64,000 nt of DNA from Octopus vulgaris (lineage: Eukaryota): contig OX597823.1 in assembly GCA_951406725.2 (NCBI GenBank), positions 75,082,001 through 75,146,000 of the forward strand, written 5' to 3'. Shown piece by piece: positions 1-13,729 of the stretch; position 1 is the first letter of the stretch, and the number at the start of each line of letters is the position of its first letter. The translations under genes and the position numbers were made by a program. The notes below the pieces were generated by a model. The model was not told the DNA's origin. It saw only the letters and a list, made by a program, of their open reading frames with translations, and did no database searches.

Positions 1-835
1 GGCTGTATGTAATATCTGTTTTCTCGAACAGCCGCCTCTACGGAGTACAGCTGTTGGTTTATTTATTATATATAAAGGACTATAGCTTGAACTGCGTACT
101 GTTTTTTGATTTACCGAAAGGTATGTTGTTATTATTATTGCTGTTTAACTATTGTTATCACGTTTGTTGGTTCCTCGTAAGACAAACGTTATTGTGTTGC
201 ATTTGTTAAATAATTGTAAACCGCAACCGTCCCCCTTTGGGAGGAGCTTTTATTATTGTTTAAAAATTGAATTGTGTCCCTGTTCGGGGAAATTGACAAT
301 ATTTGCACCGTTTATATGGAAGCATTTTTGTTAAAATGCCTTCGATAGGAGAACATTCAAAAATGAATTTCGCTGCAGCCGTCGGCGGGAGCGAACTCAT
401 TAAAGTTAAAATGGAAGAAATACAAACCTATTTCGGATTGATCACCGACAAGGACGGTGAATCTAGGATAACACCACCAAACGAAATAGAAAATAAAATT
501 AAAGAAAAGACTATTGTCTATAAAGTATACAATGTAGAAAAAAATGATTTGAACACCTGGAGAAAAGCACCATCGAAAAGTGTCTTGGTGCGACTATGAA
601 AGATATCTAACCAAAGGCGGTAAATTCGCCACAACAGAAGCAAAGTTCGAGTCAACGGAGCGTGCAAGGGAGTACTCGACTCAAACCTTGCAAAGTGGGA
701 ATATTTTACTTTTACCTTTATATAAAAATTAAAAATATCCCCCCAGAAGTAGAGGTAGGCTGGATTGTAGCCACACTTCTATACAAGAGGGATGACAAGA
801 TACACTTGATTGAAATTGCAAGAGACGGGCCTACA
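1..835 (+). mobile_element. 5' region and disrupted ORF1 of a Tx1/L1-like non-LTR retrotransposon
   Basis: ORF 303-599 has an N-terminal 'NFAAAVGG' motif and ORF 662-859 has the RRM-like 'IKIKNIPPEV'; both are typical of L1/Tx1 ORF1. Broken by stops/frameshifts and truncated near 835. Confidence 0.5.
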
Positions 836-966
836 ATTCCAGTCTGTTATATATTTTGAGTATTGGTGTCACTAGCGATATCAAGATATAACTTTGTATT
901 TTGTATTTTATGTGTAGATGTATATATATATAGGTGTACATGTAAAATGTACACATATATACATGC

Positions 967-1007
967 ACTAGCACTATGACCCAGCAACGACGGGTCATAA
1001 TGCTAGT
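967..1007. other. 41-bp hairpin with ACTAG...CTAGT ends, Helitron 3'-terminus-like
   Basis: ACTAGCACTATGACCC-agcaacgac-GGGTCATAATGCTAGT is a near-perfect inverted repeat ending in CTAG|T inside TA-rich DNA. Confidence 0.4.
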
Positions 1008-1721
1008 ATATACATATATATATATATATATACATAAATATATACATGTTATTGCATATGTGTATATATATATACCTATATATACATACATATACGTATA
1101 CCATTTACGCATTTATATATATATATATATATATATGCGCGTGTGTGTGTGTATGTGTATAAATGGTGTGTGTAAATATATGTACTATATGCCAATACAG
1201 ACATTAAGTAGATGTTCAGTATAGTTACACGTAATTTAGTGAAACCCACATTTTCACGACCACATTTCTCTTCACTCCTACCCACCTTCTCATTTCCCTC
1301 CCACTTCATCCTCAACCTTCGCTCGTAAGCCCACCCCACCCCTACACTTTCCACCCCCAACTCCCCTATCCTTCCCCATTCCTTACACCCAGCAGGCACA
1401 CTTTCAACATCGCCTAAACATATACAATATATATATTTTCACTGATGTAAAAAAATGCATTTCATCCGATCTATTGATATCAGTACTTTATTTCTATCCA
1501 ATTACCTTTACTGAAGTATATCATTTTGCTGCGAAGATAGTGACAAATTGTACAACTCGTGTAAGAGTTCACTGATGTCTTACAATTCAGAACGGTAACT
1601 GTGAAAGCATTAATAGCAAAACAGTCTGAAAAAGCAGTTTAGCCATGCATTAGCAACAGTTTTTAAAGAAATGCTACCACCAATAATATTTCTGCTTCCG
1701 ATTACCTCGTTGCTATTATTA

Positions 1722-2060
1722 GCATCATCATCATCATCATAAACACCAACAACCTGTCTTTCACCATCATGGACATATTCACTATCCTATTCCTCATCAT
1801 TATCAACAACACCGTTCAGTTTGAACGTTTCTCTCATTATTGTCGCCGTTGTTTTCATCACCATCGTCGTTATCATAATCGTTCTCGTCGTCGGCGGCGG
1901 CCTGATCATCATCACCATCATCATCATTTTCGTCATCATCAACATCGTCATCTTCATTTCTGCCGTCACTTTCTCACCGTCGTGGTGATCATCATTATCG
2001 TCATCAAAGTATCCATGCCGAACATTAGCAACAAATTTTGTATTGACATTATCATCAAGT
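1722..2060. repeat. Degenerate (CAT)n/(CGT)n trinucleotide tract
   Basis: Read directly; explains the His/Ile/Met-rich spurious ORFs. Confidence 0.9.
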
Positions 2061-3099
2061 GAAGCACTACAAAAACTTTTGTCTGAAAATTATTTGCATT
2101 ATTATAACAGTACAAGTTGTAATGATTGATTCCATTAAGAATATTGGTAGTTTTTTAAATATCAATACAAATTTTAGCACTTTTACAAGAAAAATAATAA
2201 AAAAGAGTAAGAATATGCGAATGCGCGTGAAGCTGAAGGAATTTAAGAAATAAAAGAATCTATAGACAGAACATGCTTTCAAATATTCATCACTCGTTGA
2301 TAGAAAATAAATCTTGTATTTAATAAATTGAAAACCAGAAAGTTTTTTGAACGTCTCTTCCAGAGAACACTTAACAAAAATTAGTCTGCACCTGCCAGAG
2401 TCAAACCCATTTAGATGGCGAGTTATGCGTTGGTAATATGTCGTATGCAGCTGATAGTTGTATCTAAAGATTTTATAGTAAATTTATTATTTTCTCTAGC
2501 ATCAAATGTATAGGACGCTTTAACAATTAAAGAAGGAAATATTACTGAAAGTGCCTGACTGCACTCTATAAAAATTAAAACAACACACACACATATACAC
2601 ATACACATGCATGCAAGCGCATACACATACGCACTCACATAAACACACGAATACACACACACATATTTATGTACATGGATACATACACACATAGGCATTC
2701 GCACGCATGCAAACAGACTATATAAAGTGTTAAACAATATATTTTTGTCTCGATTTTATAGCAGTCTGTCCCAAATCCATAATTTAAATCTGAATATAAT
2801 TGCCGGTACTTTCTTCGTCTTCGTATTTCTACTTCAGCCGATTAGGATTCCTTTGATATGAAAGAGATTAGCTGGAAATCTTCAGACAAAAAAAATCAAC
2901 AGGGATATTATTGTCTTTTCTTCTAACCATGATCATACGATTTTTATGCATCGCTGTGTAATAGATTTAACAGTATCCAATTTCAATTCAAAATATTTTA
3001 AGGTAAATTATTTTCGCTGATTTCAGCAATCTCCTGTGAATCAAAGCACACTGGTAAATTCTCCAGATCTGGAGACATTCTCCAGATTGGTCTGGCAAG

Positions 3100-3990
3100 T
3101 GCCATATTATTGGCCAAGAAGTAGGATGCACAACGGTGTTTAATTCCTTTGGTTTAACTGCGCTCTAAGGTCTCAGTGATGTTGGAGTTGAATGCAATTA
3201 GATTAACGCTTGGCAGATCGGAGTAGATAATGATAGAGAAATGAGATGCAATGTGTCATGATCTCAATGTCCCGTTATAGTTTCTTAGTGATTACAAGTC
3301 TGACGAATTTACTAAAAGTCATAGTACACAATTAATGATTGTAAAATAAAGGAACAGTGTCAAGGAACACGACTTTGGAGATATTACTGCTTATATTGCA
3401 TTATATGTGTGAGGGTAAATATATAATGTGATGGTAAAATTTATAGAAATTTGGAGAGAAAGGGGCCATGTTTGAGAACAAGGAAGGATTTGGTTTGTGA
3501 GCGTCGGGACTGGTGCGAGATGGGAATGAAACTTTGAATGTTTATATTATCATCGATGACTGGAATTCCTTGAGGGAAATAGTGAGTAATTTTTTTATAT
3601 TGTGGAAGATTTGCTTGTGGTTTGGCAGGGAGGCTTTCACTGTACGGAACATGCTGCAGTATTTCCTCAATAAGGGTAAGTAAAATTGAGCCACGGGCTT
3701 AGCAGTCATTATTGGTTAAATACAAATGATTAAATTTTGAGTCAGTGCACTGCTAAAAGACTTGAAGACAGAGAAACTGGGTTTTATATAATAGATGAGG
3801 CATCTATATCTCAGTGAGGCAATGTAAGTATGGTTTACATGTAGTTAGAGGGTCGTGGTGATGTGGGTATTATAGCTTTTAGGTGATAACACGATTATTT
3901 AATACGTCGGTGAAATTATGATGGGCTTTGTATTTTGCTCGGATATGGTAGCGTGGGCAGGGATAGTAATTGGCCAATTCAAGTGAACCC
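3100..3990 (-). mobile_element. Heavily decayed Penelope-like RT remnant
   Basis: Minus strand gives, in the expected order, KPII (RPIIS-like), DASS(L)Y with a frameshift near 3790 (DVxSLY), VIDD (~3555), NFTIT and VVFLDT (KFT...FLD). Confidence 0.5.
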
Positions 3991-4559
3991 TACACAGAAA
4001 GCCACGACTGAATATTTTAAACAAGGCTAACTCCACTAAAGACAACAGGACCAAGAACATAGTTTACAGTATATTAAAGAATTTGATACCTTTATCCAAC
4101 GATCCAACGCGAGCATGCATTGAAATAAAGGAGATTGGCATTATTACAAATTAGTCTCGAAATTTCCATTCACAAATTACCATGTGGGAAATAGATACAT
4201 TAAAAGAAAATGTAATTCAGATAATCGAATGTGTATCGATTTTGTTTCACGTTGCCCATTCTCTGCTGATGACAGTAGTGATGGACGAAGAATCATCGAT
4301 ATTGCGTGTCGTTAATTCATTGGTAAGTATAGGTTATAACTTGATTGAGTAGAAAGAAAATACGTCTACAGAGGGATTTGTAATGAATGGCATAATGCAA
4401 TTTAGTGTTGAGATTTGGTGTTTCGGGAAATCTCTACAAGACTAGCGTAAGTAAGTGAGAAAGGTGTTACATGCAACACTTGATTTGCAGATTATTGACC
4501 TATATTTCAAGTGTCTGTTCATTATCAGATGACTCTGATTACATGCATACACACTTAAT

Positions 4560-4594
4560 CAAACACACAAACGCATACACACACACACACATAC

Positions 4595-4639
<45 letters not shown>

Positions 4640-4703
4640 ATATCTGTGTATATATATGTGTGTGTATACATATACGTATACATATATAACATATATATAC
4701 ATA

Positions 4704-4756
<53 letters not shown>

Positions 4757-4757
4757 C
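4560..4757. repeat. Compound (CA)n-(TA)n-(TG)n microsatellite
   Basis: Read directly. Confidence 0.95.
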
Positions 4758-5509
4758 ATGAAAGAAAGAAAGAGTGTAAGAGTTAGAGAAAGGGAGATGA
4801 TTCATAGTTATAATAACTTCAGATACATTGTAACGTAACTAGATGGAGATTCATGCAGAGCAAACGCCGTTGTCACAAATAGATTTCTTGAATGCAGACA
4901 GTTTTAATATATACACATTACAATATCATTCTGCTGCTGTCAATATTGATGTGCATTCATATAGATTAACTAATATGTGTAATGTGTAACATTTACTTAA
5001 TAATCTCAGCGGATATGTAAAAATATTTCTGTGCTTTATCATCAAACACAAAATTGTGTTAAGCGAAAACTAAATAATACAGAGTGATGATCATAGTGCT
5101 AGATAACATGATTATTCATTAGAAAATGCGAGAGCAGTAACGACAAATTGATAGGATACGATTTCATCTGATAGGATGCAGATTACATCTCGGGATATTT
5201 GTAACTACACTGAAACATTTTATAAGTAATATATATTGCATACCTAGCGTAAAAATTGAAATACATAATTTGTATTAATTTAAAGTTAGAAGCACAATTT
5301 TAAAGGTAAATAGACACGTGTAATACATAATTATTGTGCATGTTTTGATCGCTAAAGAAATAGATTATGCGGGGTTGAACTTCTGAAGGTGTAAGAATCT
5401 GTATATACGCATGTGTGCGTGCGTATATTTCAGGTCTTGAAGGGATTATAATTATAATAATAATAATAATTATTATTATTTTTATTTACATGAAATGTAT
5501 GCATGCATG

Positions 5510-5915
5510 CATGTATATATAACTCTGAGCACCTTTTCAAACTCTACCCATGTATATATAACTCTGAGCACCTTTTCAAACTCCACCCATCTAACACCCG
5601 TGGACATATTTACAAAGTCAGAAAACAGCACAGCTCCCATGACTTCAGGAAACATTTTTTCACCAATGGAACAAACTACCGGCATCAGTTGTTAGTTGTC
5701 GGAGCACTGCATCCTTCAAAACGTCCATGCTTTCTGAGATTCGCCAACACTACACCTGATTTTCTCCCCTCGATGCACACACAAGCATGTATCTGACTCA
5801 TACATTGTTCGCTTTCCAGACATCTTTACATTACTGCATGTACTTTATATGCACTTTCTGATACGTTGTGGTGCACCTGAACACTGTATACAATAATTTC
5901 ATTATTATTTTTATT
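5510..5915 (+). mobile_element. 5'-truncated CR1-like LINE 3' end
   Basis: NTRGHIYKVRKQHSSHDFRKHFF followed (other frame) by WNKLPASVVSCRSTASFK matches the CR1 ORF2 C-terminus (TRGH...RK.FF...WN.LP); ends in an (ATT)-rich tail. Confidence 0.8.
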
Positions 5916-6559
5916 ATATGTATGCATACATTAAAATTGCATATAAATATCTACAGGCATCTGAGGAAATTCTTCCCAATATTAAGGATTATGATTTCAA
6001 ATCATTATACACACACACATCGACACATACGCACACACACAGACATATATGTATATAAAATATCTCAGAATATATATATATATATATAAACGGTAAAGAT
6101 ATTATAACGATAAATTAATATATTATGATATAATAAAGACATTATGATAGAGATAGTTATAGCAATATGAAACAAAAAGGTAAAATACATCTATAACCGG
6201 GCAAATGGCACCTACAATTGCTAGAAGTAGGAGCTATAAAATATAACGTGAATATCCACACAAAATCACCAACCTCATGAGATGTTCAACGTCTGCGAGG
6301 GGCAAGTCACTACATATTTCATCAGCGAGCTAAAACTCACAGAATGAAGTAATTTCATAAGATCTTATTACATGATTTCGAAATTTAATCATTGTGATTT
6401 CGTCTCTCCATACTTTACACTGGGTTAAAGGGAGAGCTTGATTCCCATCTGTTTATTACAGAAAAAAACAAATCCGCTGAAAACCGAGAATTAAAATTGA
6501 GAAAAAGCTTTCAGTGTGTATATACATACATATACATATATACAGTTGTATGTGTGTGT

Positions 6560-8300
6560 AAGGTAGAGAGTATAGTGTGTTATTAGACGTGGTTGAATAT
6601 ATATGGAAATAAATACGATGAAAATTCAGAGATTTTTTAAAAAACACTAAAGAAAGTATTAGAATCTTAATAGTAAAAGTATTATACAATATTGTACAAT
6701 ATAACACTTTTTCTTCCAACAAAACCGGTTTCGATACCGCTTTTTAGATTGTGAGTTTGGCATGATTTTCTGAATTAGACATTTTGCTTGCTAGGAGGAA
6801 TAATTGGTAACCAAGGTAATTTACAGTAAAAGGGAGGTAAATCTGTGTTTTCTTTTTTTTTTTTTATCTTGGTCTATATTTTATTCTTACAATAGTCGTG
6901 ATAAATCTTTAATTTTCAATATGAGTTCTTCGTTGTGCTCCATTATAAATTGTATATTGGTGTTAATGCTATTCAGGAGTCTTTTGAATTCCAGGAATTT
7001 ATCTATTTTGTCATTCCAGAGGATGAATCAGACGTCCAAATATCTCTAATTTTTTTTAATGCATTGAGAGTCTGGGTTCAAAAATTTGGAAAATGACTCC
7101 TAACATATTGTTATTTCTAAATGGCAGATTGTTAGGTTGGCAAGGTTCGAAGCCGCCCTCGTTCCCATGGCAATTCCGGATTTTTGGCGATAAACATTGA
7201 TGTCGAACATGAGGTGGTTGTTTTGAAGAGTGGATCTTAATGATTCGATTATGAAATCTGTGTTGATCCGTTATTGTATCTCTTCTGGATATTTGTCCAG
7301 CCAGAATCGGATTGCTTCTATCCCATAATTATGGGGTATATTACTGTATAGGTTTATCCCATCAGATGTAACCATAACTTTCCTCCTTGACCTTTTCTGG
7401 TAGGTGATTTAACATATCTAAATCATCTCTAATATAACTTTTGATGTATTGTCGAAAAAGGTTTTAGGAGGATGTTCATGAGGCAACTTAATGGAGGCTT
7501 TTAGGGCTGCTGGTTCTGGGGTCTGTATGCATGATTTTTTTATGATGTTTTTGATGATTTTTTTATGGCTTAGTTTATAGTTTCGCTTTGGTGAATTTTC
7601 GGTAGACCTTAGAATAGGGTGGGCTTCATTTAAAGTTTGTTAATTGATTTATTTCTTTTTTGTTAGGTCTTCTGCGTTATGTTTTGATTAGTGAAAAGAG
7701 GCTTTTCATTATTTTTTGGTGGGTGTAATCATTGATTCGTAGTGTTCGTCATTATTTAGTATGGATATTACAAGATTTTTGTGGTAAAATGTGTTCATTA
7801 CCACAACCGAACTCCCATTATCTGCTTCTTTGATTGTTATTATTTTTTTCATTCTTTCGTAATTCAGCTAGTTCTTTCCGTCGGACAGTGATGGAATTTG
7901 AAATGAATTTTTGATTGTGCAAAACTTACTTTTCTGCAGAATTCTGAAACACTGTCCTTGATTTCATTTTGTTAACTCTGCATGGTGCTGGGAGTCAATT
8001 TTAGTCCGTTAGATAGGATGATGATTTTTGTGGTTGATAGGGATTTATATGACAGGTTGATTACCTTCGGTGTTTCTTGTGCATCAACATCCAATCTGTT
8101 CCCGTTTTCTGTGGTCTGTGGCTAAAATGTTGGTATACACTGTCCGTGAAAATGTAGAGATTTGGGTTGAATATATGCTGATGTTGTTGTCGTAGATGGG
8201 CGCCTCGGGGTTTATCTGTTGGCATTGCGAGTGTTCCAACCTGTGCTCCGTTTCTTCTGGTCTGGGGCTAGTAAAACTTTGTTGTTGTATTGGTATGAAT
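6560..8300 (-). mobile_element. Decayed Penelope-like retroelement: RT plus putative 3' pLTR
   Basis: Minus-strand motifs in order: KEADNGSSVVVM (~7810), DGINLYSNIPHNYGIEAIRFWL (~7340), YRQKSGIAMGTRAA.NLANL (~7165), RYLDV*FILW (7045-7016), LNSINTNIQFIME. A GAAACCGGTT hammerhead half lies near 6722-6733. Confidence 0.9.
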
Positions 8301-8750
8301 TGTCTGGATATATGTATATATGTACATATATATATATATAATTAATTAAAGAGGAATGGAAAAACACATCACGAAGGTCATATCCATGGCCAAACATGTA
8401 ATAAAATATTACAAAACAAATGGCGTTTATTATTATGGATAAATCAAAATTATAACGGATGAGAAGAATGGAACTTGGAACTGTTATATTGTTTATATCC
8501 ATTATTTATACGATGCGGTATATAATATGGTATAATATGTTTGTAACTTCGAAAATGCGATAGAGAATAAACCTTTTCTTTTTACATTGAGGATTTCGTA
8601 TGTCATATCGCCCGCAGGCAGATTAATTTTGACGAGATAATATATACATGATAATAGCGGCTTTATAGTGTTTTTTTAAGGATATTCCTATACAAACACA
8701 CAGACGCATGCACGCACTCATGCATACACACACATGCACACGCATATATG

Positions 8751-8811
<61 letters not shown>

Positions 8812-9169
8812 AAACATGCATATGCAAGCTCATATGCGTGTGTATATTTCTAACGAATAAAATTATATCTTTATATATTTTTCTTTCTTGATAAAAATAT
8901 AGAGTGCCTTTAAATAATACTGTGTTATAAATGTGATACACATATAAAACTGGATTGGAATTTTAAAAACGTGACAAAATATCGAGGCTTATCTTAACCA
9001 TGCTATTAGTAGTAATGAAAGAAAAAGAAATTATGTAATTATTTTAGCGACTATTTCCTGATAAAATTCTGCAACTTTCATAACATAGTCTAAGGTTTAT
9101 TCAGCCTCAGACTGTTATAGCTGTCAACTGTACATATTCACCATCCACTGATATCCAACAGGAGAGGGA

Positions 9170-10377
9170 CATAATTGCCGTTTGGTGTCAGGAAATCCTG
9201 CCATCCTGTGAGTAGATCAATTATCCATTATGAAATCATTCCTGTCGTTACGGGCAAAAGACCCTACCAGTTGAAGTCTTACAGCATGTAGAGCGTTGAA
9301 GGTCTTCCTATTCAATAAATGTTTTAGATACGTATTTAAAATGGAAACCTGCAAGCCGATGTTTTGGCGAGTATGGTGGGTGTGGCAAAACTTTCCAGCC
9401 AAGCCTCAGTAACTTTTGCAGCATTTACCAAAAATTGTGCGGTCTAGCAATGAAATGAAATGCCCTTTCGATTACCCGGCTGAGCTCCAGTAACTTCTGT
9501 TGCATATGCAAATGAATTTCCCATCTAGCATTGTTGTGATGAAATAAATATCCTTTTGATTTGCAAGTAGGATACTCTTTTAATGGATTGCTTCGTTTAA
9601 TATTGACACTTCCGAATTGGTGTTCCGATCCATGACAGAAAGCTTGTAAAAAGCAAAAATTCTTTCCATCCCACGAAATTGAAAGCTAAACTTCTTCGTG
9701 TAAAGTTCTATTTTATAGGTTGTTTATGGTGATTTGCTGCACTTCTTTCATGATTGTTCTCACATCAAATCATTATAGAGGATCTATTTTACGTCCATTG
9801 TCACCAATCTCTTTAAAAAAGAATTGTTTCTTCATATTTCTGCAACAAATCGTAGATGGAAATCTGTTGGGTCATATTAGCCTCATCCAGCTGATGACTC
9901 AAACGTCTAACCTGCTAACAGAACAGATTCCATGCAGTTGCTTTTCAATCATCATTGTGAAATAAAAGAATAAAGAATAAAAAATCTGTCATCTTCGTTC
10001 TTGTTGGTGTCACTGTTAATTTCGTTTATTCGAACAGAGTGAGGGCATCTTCGACGGAAACCACTTCTGGTAAACTTGTTCCATAAAAGCGTCCTCTCCG
10101 TTCACAAAGCATATTTTCTTAAAGGGTTCCCCTGTCTTATTTGCGTTGACTTAAAAAATAATTTAAAGTATTAAATTCCGATAATGCTATATTTAGCGCT
10201 AAATCTTCAGAGTGACACCAAGCATGCAGAACATGATGTTTTGCCACAAGTACGCGACGAATACTGTTGAAATGTTAAGCATCTAACGAGTCATATGCAA
10301 GTGACAGCAGTTGGTTATATTTTAGAGCTTGAATTTTAGTGTCGACAAAAACCGAACGGGCTTTTGGTCAACATAAT
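9170..10377 (-). mobile_element. Decayed mariner (Tc1/mariner) transposon
   Basis: Minus strand gives LVTMDVK*ILYN (IVTGDEKWILYDN-like), ISWDGK, LFHHNNAR (HDNARPH) and LGWKVLPHPPYSP. TIR-like ATTATGTTGACCAAAAGCCCGTTCGGTTTTTG at 10377-10346; the other TIR was not found. Confidence 0.8.
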
Positions 10378-11229
10378 GCGCAGTTCTACGAAAATCAGTC
10401 CCGATATGCGTGATAGTATGTCACTTCCTAGTGAAGTAAATTCAAATCACGTTCGAAGAAAATATTGGTTTGTAAACTGGAAGCACAATATAATATTCAA
10501 ACTAAAAGAAAAAAAGGAAATAGAATAAACATGCGCTTCCAAACGCCTTATATCGTTGTTTTTAATTTCAGTTGTATTATAATTAAGACATATCTTAGGA
10601 AAAAAAGTCTTATTTTGTGTTTATATAAAATAAATCATTTGCAATTTTCAAATATACACAGATAACACTTCAGCCATGAAAAGTGTGATAGCCCTGTGCG
10701 CATAAGCCTTTGTACAGAATTGTTGCTGACATATACACATACATAATACAAACACAAAAGCACACACCCGCACACCCGCACACCCGCAGCAACAATCATA
10801 TAATGAAACACACACATACACACACAAACACACACACACATTATACCCATACATATAAGGGTGTGCGCGCGTGTGCCTTTGTAAGACACACTAATATTTT
10901 TAGAAGTCAGTGCTACGTAAATTTTAACGAAACAAATGACGTTTGGAAGACTTAAGCAGAATATTACTGTGAATTATATTCAAGGTTTATTATTTCGATG
11001 AATACCCATCTATATTTTTGCTGTATACGTCATATTTTCTAAACACATTAACCTTTTGTGTGAACCTTTGGAAGTGAAAGAACTTTTGGTTAAATTTTAG
11101 CTATATATGCAGTATATCCGATGTTGTATGTAAAAATAAAAACGGTAAAATACAATTGGAGGAACATTCACGATCAAAAACATGCAATATGCGAATGCAA
11201 GAACCCACTAATACAGACAGCATGCTAAC

Positions 11230-11900
11230 AACTAATACATCCACATAACTGATGATAACTTATGTCCAACGAATTTAATCACCGAAGTAAAATGTAACTG
11301 CATTCACAGTAAGACTTAAAGAAATTGGACTCTAAGTTATCCTGTGAAACTTGAAAGATATAGAAGTTACGAAAATATAAAATTGAAAATAAATGAAGGG
11401 AAATGCCTAGAATTAATGAAGCATTCCATATCGATATTCCATAGTTACATCAAATGAACAATCATACACGCATGTAAAACGAAGAGGGTTCCGACTTTAA
11501 AACATATGTGAAGTAGAGAAATGCGCTGTGATAAAGTAAATTGGTAAGCTGCAAGGATGAATAGGTTCAAACGTAACCGAGTAATACATTTACATATATC
11601 ACATGCACAAATTCGTTTCATGAATCTGTTTTAACAAGCAACTAACTTCCAAGAAGAACATGGCTATAGAACTTGCGGCAAGAAAGATAAATTCAATCAT
11701 TAACGTCAGGATGTGTTTGAAGTCCCTACAAAGAAGAAAAACATTCATAAAAAGCTCCCAATTATTCAAATGTCAGAGACACTGTGACATTTGATTCTGG
11801 GTGAAGAAGATGATATAAAGAATATAACGAGGATTTTCATATCAAGATTCTCAAGCGAATACAGAGTCAACTGTATGTCTCAAAAGGAAGTTAACAACCC
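11230..11900 (+). mobile_element. Possible very old LINE RT remnant
   Basis: Weak ordered motifs HITDD, KEIGL*L, KCLE (KYLG-like) and YHMHK; many stops. Confidence 0.3.
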
Positions 11901-12257
11901 TAACCCTCGCTTTTCTAGAATTGGAAGTCAGATATCACACATCTAGCAGAAAGATGAGCATTTTATTGTCGAGAAGACAAGCAAAAATAGCAGAAATACG
12001 CCATCCTTCAAATAAGCACGGGCCACATAATTTTGATGAGAATGCGAATACGTTACAAGAAGTGTGATATAGAAATTGTAAGTCGTTTGCTCTACCAAAC
12101 TTTCCAAAAATCATTCTCCGAAAGTTTAGAGCAGAAGTAGGACAAAGAGAATAACTTAATTAATGAGTACATTATGTATTGCCTAAAGTGCTGATGCACG
12201 GAATTAAGTTCACTCATTTCCTCATTTCCCCTCTCCCTCTCTATCTGCATATGCGTG

Positions 12258-12289
<32 letters not shown>

Positions 12290-12360
12290 TGTGTGTGTAT
12301 ACATATATGTGTGTGTATACATATATACAAATGTATATATATACATATATGTGGGTGTGT

Positions 12361-12702
12361 ATCATGCCTAAGGTATTTTTCGAATCTTCGGGAAAGAAGG
12401 CTGCGCTCTAAACTACTGCGCCATATGCCCATGTGCAATTAATACCGCTCCCATTATGCTACTCATATCTGCACTCGGTCTTGCTAGGAGGTTATTATGT
12501 GCTAGCATATGTGCTGCTTCTTTTAGTTTTCATATTTTCTCCGTCTATTATCTAAATTTTATCCTACAGGGAGAGGTGGCGTCCATTTTCCCATACATGA
12601 TCAGCTATACCCGTTTATATCAATATCTCCTCGTGTCAGAGCTAAGAACAAATATCCTTCAATTATTGTGCATAATTCCTCATCGCTCAAATATAGAACT
12701 GT
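12361..12702 (-). mobile_element. PLE 3' end (GIY-YIG C-terminus plus deleted tRNA-like module) joined to an inverted short copy of the family tail
   Basis: 12440-12650 is homologous to 27095-27300. 12361-12440 matches the CCTAAGGTATTTTTC segment and the tRNA-like head. 12657-12702 is the plus-strand tail ...CATAATTCCTCATCGCTCAAATATAGAACTGT. Confidence 0.75.
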
Positions 12703-13023
12703 ATTATCTCTACTTCGGTAATAGGTATAGTCAGATCCCCACGTTGGTTATGGGTAGTGAGTGGAGTGCTTTGGATTAGAGTTGGCGTGGAGGGGATCCG
12801 TATTGAGAAAAAGGTTTGAGGGTGCATCAGATCCATGGACGGGAGCTGGGGTTTAGAATGTATCATACTTACGTGATTAGAGTTACGTATCTTCTAGTTA
12901 CTTAGCTTCTAATTGTTAAGTCATTGAATTCTACTTCTACTGCCCGCAATGTTCATTGTATTGTAGTAGGATTATTTAATGTATTGAGGGTTCAAGATTT
13001 TACTATGGGTAATAGGACTTGAG

Positions 13024-13025
<2 letters not shown>

Positions 13026-13102
<77 letters not shown>

Positions 13103-13203
13103 CACATAGATAGATACATATATATATATATATATATATACATACATAGATACACACACACATATATATGTGTGTGCGTGTGTGTGTGCGTGTGTGTGTG
13201 TAT
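13026..13203. repeat. (TA)n/(CA)n/(TG)n microsatellite
   Basis: Read directly. Confidence 0.95.
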
Positions 13204-13729
13204 ACAGTTGCAGAAGAAAGAAATGTTTATGAATAGCATATAAAGAAAGGGAGGTAAAGGGATAAATGTTTTGACAAAGTACAAGTTCTTTTACGGAGAG
13301 AAAAATTTGAGACTCAATAAAAAAGAACTGAAAATATTTGAACCGCTGCAATCCACAAAAACAATTGTGTTTCTATCGTCCAACATTAATGATAGCCCAA
13401 TATGACAGGATTGTGCAGTGTTCAGTTCTCCCCCACGCTATATAGAATTCTGAAAATTAGTATCAGTATTTAATCGAAAGTCTTATTGCTTTTCTTGAAA
13501 CATTTATATCAGGTCTATGGAAGGTGAATATGAACAGGATGGGGAGGATTTTGTTATTTATGATTGTATGTAATCAATGACATTATATTTACTAATGCAT
13601 TACAAAGCGTTTGTCAAAGTGTTTCGCTTAAAATTTTTATCACCATGAAATAGAAAAGAAGAAACGTAAATGCTCTTCAGGAAGGAGAATAACAATAGCA
13701 GTTCATGGGGATACGAAAACAATAATAAT

